Shown: positions 33,791 through 44,457 of the stretch, piece by piece
Numbering within the stretch: position 1 is the stretch's first letter
Layout of the letters: each line of letters opens with the position of its first letter
NCBI GenBank assembly: GCA_000934665.2
Contig: JYFJ02000838.1
Span: 62,001 to 106,457 of the forward strand
DNA: 44,457 nt
From: Catajapyx aquilonaris
Taxonomy: Eukaryota
Direction: 5' to 3'
The notes under the pieces: generated by a model
The model's database searches: none
What the model was told of the DNA's origin: nothing
What the model saw: only the letters and a program-made list of their open reading frames with translations
Made by a program: the position numbers and the translations under genes

Positions 33791-36700
33791 TAACCGTTAT
33801 ATTGGTTTATATAGTTATAATTATAATAGAATAATGGAATGATTCGAATCCACACGGCAATGCCGTCACATACTGCTACGCGATAATTGGCCCGGACCTT
33901 TGCTGTGTTGCCGATTCTACCTGTCACACGCGTACCAACTGAACGTGTTCCAAATCCGACACAAATGAAGAGCTACAGGCTCCCCTTTCGGAACTAAACT
34001 TTTAAAAATGCCTCGACAAATTGGGACCTCGTACTGACGACCGAATAAAATCGATTTCCATCAAAAATAACAAATATTAAGCACACCTCCAAATACCATG
34101 TTTATGTTGGCAGCCGTGACAATTGCGCCTGCGCACAAAAACTTGCCGCCGGTAATGGGCCCATATTAAATCGAGTTTAAAACGCAGATTCGAATGGAAT
34201 GCATAGGATTGAACAGCATTTCCTGCTGCATCGGTTGCGTATGTTTCCCTGATTTTAGCCCTTCTTATTAACATTCCAATTCTAGACTCTCATTTGATTA
34301 GCAAGTCGCTTCATTTCCACCTTAAAAACAGTTTCAATGTGTTTTCAAGTGTACTTTGAATATTCATTTTTGATACTTGAAATTGATATTTCTCATTGCG
34401 GATTTTGTAGTCTGGTGTAGCTCCCTGGCATCCTTAAGGCTAACTCAACTTGACTTCTTTCACTCACAAAATGAAATGCCTCACAGCTCTCGAAATTGAT
34501 ATATGAGATCTGACTCTAATATGTCAGCTTTGCGAGGTGCAGAAAATGTGGATCAATATTTTTGCAAGTTTAATAATAGAAAACATTAATCATGAGTGAG
34601 TGAACCAAATGAAAAATGTACAAATTAAGCCACTGATAAAATTCATGATTCCAAGTATCATACTGCTTCCAGATTCAGTTCCCTATGCATGAACTTACTG
34701 ATGAATGATTCTCGGAAGTTTCATTTTTTATATCTTTTTTAGCTCTAAAAGTAGGAAACTCGGACAAGGCCGTATCCGTAACTGTCGTCATAAAAGTAAA
34801 TCCCTGCGCAATTCAATCCCCACAATCGGATGAACTCTTCGGGGGAGCCATTCTCAATCGATGCAGGTGAAAACTTAATTGGGAATCGCGCCTGAAAGCA
34901 AAGTAGAAAATGAATCCCGGATTAGGGTCGCGGTTTGGATTGGTTTTTCACACACCCAACTCCCGACACAAAAATTTTGTTGACAACCCTACATGCAGCT
35001 CGAGCATGTACACAACATGATGTATGACAAATTGCTCTCTCTGAGTGACTGGTGCCGGTCTGGAATGAATGTCCAATCTGTGGCCTTATTGTGTGGACAC
35101 TACAGGACCTCCGGAATTGCGTCACACCAAATGTGTTTCCTTTGTTTTCAAAAAACGGCCGTAATCATTGGCACGAAAAAAATCGAGCTTGATATAAAGT
35201 GAATAAATCATAGTGATCGGCAGGCTGCCCACATTCTCCTCCTCCCCCGCTTTTTCTAAATTGCATTTGGGATTTACAGCCTGGAGCACGTGTTGAGAAT
35301 GGGCTGGGAAAAGAGAAGCTGAGAACCTCATCTCCTTTCAATCTGATCCACCCTACTTAAAATTAGGGAGCGGAAAACTTGAGATTGCCACAAACTTGCT
35401 CACCTTAAACCTTTGCGCCTTGGGTTAAAGCCATGTGGTCAAGTAGGAAATAGATATGGTTCATAGTACTCCAATTTCTTATGTTAGACGAACTTGGCTC
35501 CTACGAGTTCAGGAGATGGTGGTGTCGAGGATCTGGAGTGTGGGGCTGTTGACTTCCTGAGTCAAAGTAGCTGGGGTCCTAAGGTAAACATGGCTTCCGA
35601 CTCGGGACTCCATAAAAATGGAAATGTGACGCTCAAGCATGGATGGCACAGAGAGGCTTTGAGTAAATATTAGACTGGGAAGGAAAAAAAGTAGTGTTGG
35701 TGAGTAGGAGTGACAACTGCCCCATGGTGTAACCTGAGGCTGAATTTGAGTTTACCAGTTTACATGTTGGGTCACCAGAAAACATCGTTAAACCACTAAT
35801 TGCAAAATTATGACAATTTTCATCAATATCATTACAGTAATTGCACAAGCACATTAATTTCGAAGCTGAAGGGCTTTTCTAATTTTAGGCAAAAAAATCA
35901 TAACATCACTTCAATCTAAAATATGTTAAACTTCTAAACTGACATATTTATATATTTAAAAACTGGACTTATAGATATGTTCCAGAATAGCCTCCCGTGC
36001 CTCAAATAGTTCCAGTCATTTCCTACTTTTTGTAACGGGAACAATTTGGCCTGAAAGGATTTAACAATTAACGAGGTGAAATGGGTCCAATCAACCATAG
36101 TCTTCTGTCGCCCTAACAAGTGGAGCCACTGAAGTGAAGTTCCAGACTCCATTCAGGCTTTGCCAGTACTCATTGTCAAGCATAATTGTGACTTCAAAGG
36201 TTCCTCCAAAGCCCTGGAATTCTGCACTACGTGGCGAGAAGGGTAGGCTTCTACATTATGCCTGTAAATAGCTACAGTTTTGTGTCATATAGCCCACCGA
36301 GAGGGCGCAGGTGTCATCATAGTAAAACTGATGCGATTAGAACGACTTCAGGAACCTAGCACACGTACACAAAAGCCATTTCTGGATCAGGCAGAGATCA
36401 AAAATTCATGTGGAACACTTTTTTTACCCAGTTTTCTTCTGGGAATAGTAGAGTGGCGTCGGGCACATTACAAACTTATAAAGTGCGCATATTCTAGGCG
36501 TGAGGTTATATACGTGGAAAATTGATCCAGCAGTGGCACCACCATTACCAGGCATACCTTCGTTACCTCCTGAGGGTTGGAAACCCACATAACGGTCTAA
36601 TAATGCAAGGAAGAAAGCTTGGCATGATCAGCTTGCCTCATGTGCGGTTACTACTTGTTCTCGAAAGTTTGAGAATGGCTATGGGGAACGCTATTAATAT

Positions 36701-39700
36701 CGACAGGCCTGCTAAGTAGATGCCCCAAGCCTAAATTGCGTGAACTGGTAATTATTATTGCATTTAAAATTAATAACTGATATTTTAAAGCTATGTATAA
36801 TGTGTCCTGTTATAAAGGTGGAAACGTAGTCGAAACCCAGTCCTTGAATTTGAACCTTGTTATATAGTCTACTGTAGATGCTACTGCGATGCAGCGATCA
36901 ATGCACTTGAACGTGTTCACACGCTTGGAGCATCGTTTGAAAAGTACACCTTGTCCACAAGTTTCCTACTCTACCACTAAAATAACTGTAGGCTTCGGCC
37001 AATTTAAATGAATGAAACACTCACTTAGAAGTGCCATTTCAACTTTTTTTCAACTTTGAATTAGGTGCATGGATGAAAGAGCACGCTCTCAGATTTGAAC
37101 TCATTTGACAGTAGGCCTCGTCGCCCAAGTTTGTAATTTGTTTATGAAAGTTGGGGCGGCAAGTTTATCGCCAGGCATGGTTCCGTTGTCCGGCACAAAG
37201 CCCAATAACGGTCGTCTCTGGGTTTTTGCTCGAATTATCGTTATTTCCGACATTTACACAGGCACGTTTGCTCGTTTCAGGGCTACCAGCGCACACATTC
37301 ACCCATCTTCATGAAGCGCTTCCGGGTAATGGCGCGGTTCCGATTTGAATAATACGCTTCTGTACACACAGCGAGGCTTGTTGTTTTCACGGGGAATGCA
37401 TGTAGATTAAAAATATTGCGGGTGATGAACTGACTCATGCTGGAATATACGCTTCCGTCCCCAAAGGGAAAGAGAGCCTCAGGGACAGAATCGGTACCGA
37501 TTCCTCCAGCTATTTGGTTAATAATAAACAAAATGTATACTTCAATACAAAGGGGGTGTTTTCATAGAGGATGTGTGGGACGTATTTAACAAGTTTTGCA
37601 CTGAAATTCAAGTTCCTTTAAGAAGAAGGGAATGAGTTTAAAATGGGATTGGTGGACCTAGCGCACAGCTCCTTTGTCTCCCAAAATGTTGAACCATATG
37701 TCTTTCCTACCTCTCTACCCTGGAGAGTGCAATCCCCTGGAAAATCTATGCCGCAGTGTGAGGATAATAAGCCGAGATGGAGCTCACTGTGTACAGTCCT
37801 TGGTAGGACTTGGCCCACTTCTCCAAATTTACATCCATAGCCTGCGGAGGAAGAAGGGCCTCTAGAGCATATTCTACCCATAATATTGTGCCGCTGCCTT
37901 ATTTTAAGGCTTACATGGCTACCGAAACTTTTTTATGCCATGATCCCTTTGTCTCGCTTTGAGGCATCTTCATGTTGCCTGGAGGATCGCTCTTTCTTCT
38001 AGTGTCTGACATCTAGTATTGTCCCCGCCAGCAACCCCAAGGTCTGCTCAAAACTTTCTGCTTTTTCCCTCCCTCTTTTTCTACAAAAAGAACCCTAGAA
38101 ACGTTTTTTACAGTGCCTGAAGCCACGTGGAAAGATATTCCATTTCAGAAAAAAAAAAATGAACAAGAAGTACATTTTTAGAAGGGGGAAAAGAAAAATC
38201 TAAGCAACTGATACACACCAGCAGAATCGAGTTGGCAGCACCGTAGCGTGAAGGAATATAAATGAGGATTGGGCAAATGCAACCTGTGTGATCGTCAGTC
38301 TTTTCCAGCAGAGACGTTTCTTGTTAAACTAAGAGTCCTTGGGATACAAATGGATGGTCGGCTCATCCCTTGAAATGCAACTGTGAGGGAACCAGGAGAA
38401 AAGACTAAAGGCAAAAAGAAAAGCTTGGAGTGAAGGGGAGCGTGCCTAAAGAAATTAGGAAGTGCTTTTGGCGGCTCTACTGCCTGGACCTTACCGCCTT
38501 GGAAATGGCTACTCGAGTAATTCGTTTCCGTTCTTTGCACAAAAGGAACATGGTACAAGGAGGAGCCAGTCTGGATATATCCATCAAATGATCAAAATGA
38601 CGCCTTTGAAAACCTCCGCTGGGAGTAATGGTCGTTAAGATTGAAGCGAAGTCCGGTCATTGTCGAAGGTGGGGTGAATTGCAAGGCTACAGTTCTAGGT
38701 TTCGACTTGTGCAAGGATCGTTATGTGCAGACTTTCGCGTATATAGGGGCCTCTTGGCTCAAATTGAATTCTGAAATTTGCATAAGAAGTGTGAGATGAA
38801 AGAGGCATTTTAGAGAGGGCCAATTTTGTCACCTGATGGGATCGTTTGAAATGAGATCACAACTTCTTAATTTTCTAGTCAATGAACTTAATTTCATATT
38901 CGGCTTCTAACGGGCTGTTAAATTTCTTAAATTGGTTCTCATAATATTAAGGTGTGAAAATTCATAATATTTGAACAAAATTGAGTCAAACTTTTACAAC
39001 CGATTAAAAGTTTAATCGCACAAAATTGTTCTGTCACTCTCTTGGCAACCCTTCTTGCACAATACAATATTGCAAGAGTTGGTGCAACTTTTCTCATAAG
39101 GCATATAAGGTCATAGTTTTTTTTCCCCCGGTCCCTAGACACCCCTCCGGTTTGAGGAAGAACAATTTCTGCTATGAAATTCCCCTCTCGCAAGGTTCCT
39201 CTCTTTCATCTTCGCCTGTTTTACATTTCCATAATGGGAGTGGAGGAATTTCCCAAGGCCCGAAAAGATCATGAGCGGCAGCGTCGATTTCTGCGCATTG
39301 TTCAGAGCCACCTGAGATATTCAAAACCGAGCGAGAGAATTCTACCCGAATAGAGTTTTAGATCCGAGTCTGGCCCAATATATAGCTGAGGCGATAGTTG
39401 TGGGAAGCTTGAATGTTTTATTTGGACGTTGAGGCATGACATCCATCGACTCATGCGTCACGAGCAGACTGGGATTGGATTTTGAGAGAAGGAAAAGGAA
39501 ACCCCCAAAACGTGGATTTCTCCAGGCGAAGTTCTAGTGTTAATTATTTCAAACACAAAAGCAAGCCTAGGTGCCTGTACTTATCGCTTTTCCAGTGCTA
39601 TTTCCATACCCCGCTCCTGGCTGCAGATTAAAAGCGACACGCCAACGAAATCTAATGCAACATGCATGTTGAATTAATTCCTCTGGGAATGACGCAGATG

Positions 39701-41096
39701 AAAGTAGTTCTTCGTAGTGCCTGTTTCATTTCAGCAACCTATAATAATAATTAAGCATCTTCATAATGGCATACATTATGTGGCACCGAACACATAAAAA
39801 AAATTTATCACTAGATCTTGTGGTACATACACACTTTCGAACACTCGTTCAAATATTACCATATCCCATCCTCGTTTTCCGTCCTTATCGACGTCGAAGC
39901 CATCTCTGCAGATACCTTGGGAGCATATTATTATCAGGATGGGAGGCCCGTCATTTCTAGGTTCCATCAATATTAAGGTCGTCGTAAGCGGTTGTGCGAG
40001 GATGGATCCATGCAGGGGAATCGAAACTGCTTTTCCCAGGTCCCACCATAGCCGTGCCTGAACATTTGCAAAGTTTGACGCTGCGCAAAACATGCACTCT
40101 TGTTATGCATCCCGACATCCCTCAGGTCCGAATCTGCCGGCTCTTTCCCCCCTCCCCCCCTCCCCCCACAAGTGCTTGTGTATTCCAGAAACCTGCATCG
40201 GATTATACGCGATCCTCTCACCGGGAACCATTTTGCAATTCCTGAAATTTCACCGTGGCTTGGTCATTGCCTATACTTGCTAGAACCAGCTTTTTAGTAG
40301 CTTCGAGGCTCCAAATCTATTGATTGCTTGTCAACCGAAATACCAGAATGAATGTGAAAAGAGTGCGCATTGATTCAACTATGGACAAAACCCTACCCAG
40401 CCCCCCCTTTTTAAAACTAGAAGTTGTGTAGGACTAAGCCACAGGAACTCTATTGTCCAGGCATGGACGGTAATTACGAGAGTATTCATTGGGGAACGGC
40501 TTACTACCGGGATTCTGCAGCTTTTCCATGTCCAGCCAAAGTTTTATATGCCTTTTCGCTTCGAGTTATAGCTGTTCCTCAAAATGGAAGCTGCCTATTT
40601 AGGGGGGTGGACGAACAGTGGCAGTTGAAACGACGGATAACGACTCTAGGGCTACATGACTATCCCATTTTCAGATACGGAACTTGAATTCCATAATGCT
40701 CGTGGGCAAGGATAGACATGGTGAGGAGGGGCTATTTGCTTGCTTTCGGATCGTTACATGATGCGAGCAAAGTGGCATCATAGGCTTTGAATGGGGTCAT
40801 TTTGCCTTCCTGAATGAATTTTGATACCCAATTGATTGTTCCATACATGGCCAGTGCTCTATTGAGTGTCAAATCCTGAAGATTGAATAGAGCGCCATAT
40901 TGAGTTTGAGACACCGTAGAACATAGCCAAATTACGAACTGGGGACAGGTGCATTTCGCCTGTTGTTAGGGACCCTTCTGTTGAAAGGTCTCTAGTAGTC
41001 GGATTGTTGAAAGGGATTGAGTGGACGAGTGAGTCCAGAGAGCGGCCTGGGGAATCATTTGCGCAATCATTAATCCCGGAGCGCATTGTAACAGCG

Positions 41097-41134
41097 AAAG
41101 TAATCTCTCCCGTGATCACAGGAGAGACTGCTTT
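41097..41134. repeat. 38-bp near-perfect palindrome with no spacer
   Basis: AAAGTAATCTCTCCCGTGA|TCACAGGAGAGACTGCTTT, 16 of 19 positions Watson-Crick complementary. Confidence 0.85.
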
Positions 41135-44100
41135 ATTGTCTGGCTTAAGATATCTGACCTGTTGGAGACCTTTGAGGAATTTCTCATTCTGGTTCGTTCC
41201 TACAAACGGGGCTTCCTGCACCTTTGTTCAATTCATGGGGGACCAGACGACCTTTTAAAGCTTTGAATTCATTATTAATAATCCAAACACATTTCTCTTC
41301 ATGAATGGGTAGCAGAAAGTGGTCTACAGAGGTCTGAAAATTAATTGGCTTACTCGTACTGTGTACTTTGACGTCATGTTATGATTTTCCAACATTGAAG
41401 GCTTTCAACAATGATGGGCACTTTCTTTGAAATCCCTAGTATCGACCCACACTTGCATTTCTGCACTGTAGTACGTGCAGCCGTTTCCTAATTGGCTCTT
41501 CTGCCTGCAAATCAACTTATATATTTTTTTCGACAGCCAGATTCTAGAAATATTAGCACTGCTGAACTGCGGCAGGTTTCTCAATTTGGCAAGGACTGAC
41601 TTAGAGGAAGAAATTTTTTTTTGAAGGAAAAGAGCAGAACGGCAGCAGGATCCTTCAACGGATTAAGTGGATTAGAGAAAAGTTTGCCCCCCGAGTGTTC
41701 TTCCCATAAGGTTAAGGCACATGAAAACTCCATTGATTTACTGCTCCAAGTTTTTGGGCACTCAAGCAGTCGATTTCATTAGGAGTCTGGAATAAAGACC
41801 GGATTACGAGGACTTTTTCAGCATATTTGCTACGCCCTGTGGAAGTGTTACTTGGGGTAATTTCTTATCCCCTAGGATCAGCCTTTGATATACCCCCACA
41901 GGCTGACAAATTCACAAACTGGGATATGACAAAGCACGCATATTTTAAAATTTATCCTGTTTAATGTATCCCTCGTGGGCGTGTCAAATCAATGTTACGA
42001 GGTGGTTTAGATTATGCTGCGTGGATCACTCTATAATGCAGTTTATGGAAAGCGGATCCCTCTATTATTTATTCCCCGCAGTTGGCGCACATTTGGTCGC
42101 GCCCTGATGAAAATGCGGTGGAAAATATCGAAATATAAACCGACGTGAATTCACATGGCTGTCAACTCTTCGCTTTAAAACCGTTGGCTTTTCCGCCATA
42201 TTTTTTAACGCTAATGTTATTTCAAATGGAATGACGTGTTGCATAACAACGCAAACATGTTAAATGCTTGCAATTAGTTGAAGTTGAATAATTTTGTAGC
42301 CCATTTGTTTTAGAGTGTCCAGAGTACGGCCTCTGGCGATTTGTCACTTGCAGTCACCCGCTACATAATTGCTTTCTAGTTTAATCTGACAAAAATATGA
42401 AGCTTTCATACTCATGTTAATATAATAATCGATCTGCAGGCCAAATCTTTTCGTCATAATACGTGTTACGTGCTGGTGGTCTCCTATCAGTTCAGTGCAA
42501 CTGGTCCATTATCACAGAGCACACAATTACAGCAAAAAAATTATGCACAGCTGCAGTCGCATTTTTTTGCACATCGAATCGACTGGAACTGGAATGAAGT
42601 AATGGGAAAAAATTCAGTCAGACATGTGAATGGTATGCAGTGGTTACACAGATGCGAATAAATCCAGGGGTTTCCTTTGGCCGTCCTTGCAATCAGCACG
42701 CCCAACTGTAAATCATAATCACCGAGTTGCCAACAGACGCGATTACCTGCTGACATCACTGGAGTGGAAATGCAAAAGCATCGCTTCTTTTCATAACCGG
42801 CATTTTTTTTTTAGTTGGCCATTTCTGGGAAAAGTTTTTGAAAGGTTTCTTTCGCTTCCAAAGGCAGCCAGAAAAATATCGTGGCACAAGATTCCAAGAA
42901 ATCTGATCAGAAATCCGGAGCAGCTTGATTTTTTTTTTTATACCTCTTCTAACCATGAATCCTCTTACCCATCGAACCATACGCGTATCTACGGTTGAAA
43001 ACTGCGAAGCTCTGAAAAAAGAATCGATCCCTAGACACGATAAAATTACAGGTCACGTTCAGCATCGGCATCCGGTCAGGGGGAATCCAGGACAAGGTCC
43101 GGTTCTGCCGCTGACAGCTTCACTTCCTGAGCGCAAAAAACCGACTTGATACTCTCCAAGTCCAATATTTCTGCCGCCAAAGGGGTACCCAATGTTGTCC
43201 ACTTTATTTGAATATTTTCTGGCCTTGTTCCACATTCTGATACATTCTGGAAACAGTTTCTTTTCTGCTTTAAGTTTGTTTAAAATGCAATAGCATACAA
43301 CCTATATAGGTCGTTATTTTTACAACCGCTTAGTTTTCCCTGCTTTTTTTAAAATTCAGTGTCCCATCTGGTGTTATTCTCACTGGTAGCCTATTTTCTC
43401 ATGAGATTCTCCAACTCCAGGGTAGATTCTGAGATGGAATTATCCAGGGCTCGGTACACTGGGTTCCCCCTTTTGGGAATGACCCGCAGCTGGGATAGCT
43501 CCAAATGTGGGAAGATAGAGCTCATCCAGGAACACACCAACAGCTTCCCCCTCCCTTTCCAAGCCATTCCGGGTCCCTGCCGCCATATTTTCCATTTCCC
43601 CAAGATGAGGTCGCCAGGTATAAATTCAGCCTGCTGTTGCACTGTGGAGCTCGCTCCGATTGTGTGGCCCAGGAAGCTGATAATGGACTCGGGGCGGTGA
43701 TATTTCGCGTAAATGAGGTTCCTCGATCGAATCTGGGGTGCTATTGTGCAGTCAGGCCTAAGTCATTGACATGAGCAATATTTTGCGTATTTTTATGGTA
43801 CGGTTCAAGTTGTAGGCTAATAAGGGGGGTACGTTCAAAAATTGCATAATTGTATTTTAAATAGGAGAAATACGAAACAGTCAGCACTTGGGGCGACAAT
43901 GTTCCTTCAATAGGTTTAAGCTACATTTATGAAATGCCTTTAAAACCTTGGACGTGCTCGAGGGAGTTAGTTGCCTTTGGAGGAATAAACAGCTACCGCA
44001 CCATTATTCTAAGGCTTCATCATGAGTAATGGGAGCTTGTGAAACCCTTCGTAATCCCATTATGTGGAATTTAAATGCTGCTAAATTTTGTTTGTTTTGT

Positions 44101-44457
44101 TACCTACAAGAACAGAACGGAGGACAGCTGTATAATGCCTTATAACCCAGAATAGCGGTAGTTGACCGTGAACCGAATCGTGAACTATTATTTCCGGCAT
44201 AAATTAAAACCTTGTAGGTCATGAGGGTAATGAAAACTGCCTTCAGAGTATTGCGATTGTAGAGAGTTGATACCGGTAGTAGATATAAAATTGAAAGTAA
44301 AAAAATAGAAGTAATTGATGGGTAGAGCAAAGGTTCATTTGAATGGCAAATAAAAGACCGCACTCAAAAAACAATTTACCTGTAGTAGCAAAAATTATGG
44401 CTCCCTCAGCTAAAAATTTTGGCTCTATATGACGCTCCTAAAAATTTATCTGCCACA

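Larger units (their letters stand above)
1..44457. other. Eukaryotic (probably invertebrate metazoan) non-coding region: intergenic or large introns, with no recognisable protein-coding gene
   Basis: Longest ORF is 128 aa. ORFs overlap in many frames on both strands, many use GTG/TTG starts and run through homopolymers, and none shows a recognisable domain. There are frequent A/T runs, patchy GC and spliceosomal-type GT/AG signals. The taxon is inference only. Confidence 0.85.

Noticed and set aside
2191..40476. Abundant TAATTA as evidence of a Hox-regulated locus
   Set aside because: It is frequent, but the AT-rich composition could explain most of it, and I cannot distinguish it from background by eye.
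40732..41221. Two overlapping minus-strand ORFs (120 and 60 aa) as a frameshifted pseudogene or TE relic
   Set aside because: Neither has an RT, transposase or other recognisable motif; a homology hit would be needed to revive this.
42104..42135. CTGATGA ... GAAA as a hammerhead ribozyme core
   Set aside because: The intervening sequence cannot form stem II and the flanks do not form stems I and III.
60..44363. All ORFs in the supplied track as genes
   Set aside because: They are 60-128 aa, overlap on both strands, contain homopolymer-derived K/F/P/G runs and show no recognisable domains, as expected of random ORFs.

Overview
This window reads as eukaryotic, most likely invertebrate-animal, non-coding DNA: an intergenic stretch or the large 5' introns of a gene. 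It is AT-rich (roughly 40% GC by eye), with AT-rich spacers alternating with CpG-containing GC-richer patches a few hundred bases long. No ORF exceeds 128 aa, ORFs overlap on both strands at random, and none resembles a protein family I recognise, so no CDS is called. I found no rRNA, tRNA, CRISPR array, operon or recognisable transposase/RT, and I cannot support a claim of a new multi-gene system. What the sequence does support is (i) a few + strand segments with good splice signals, best 30777-30866; (ii) promoter/enhancer-like patches near 14.7-15.6, 29.5-29.8 and 33.6-33.8 kb; (iii) six perfect CGTGGGAA Su(H)/CSL sites, two inside COE/EBF-type palindromes; (iv) a hairpin at 10870-10943 whose inner stem resembles the mir-993 precursor; (v) a near-perfect 38-bp palindrome at 41097-41134; and (vi) small tandem repeats and G/C tracts. 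All functional calls are by-eye hypotheses and motif counts are manual.
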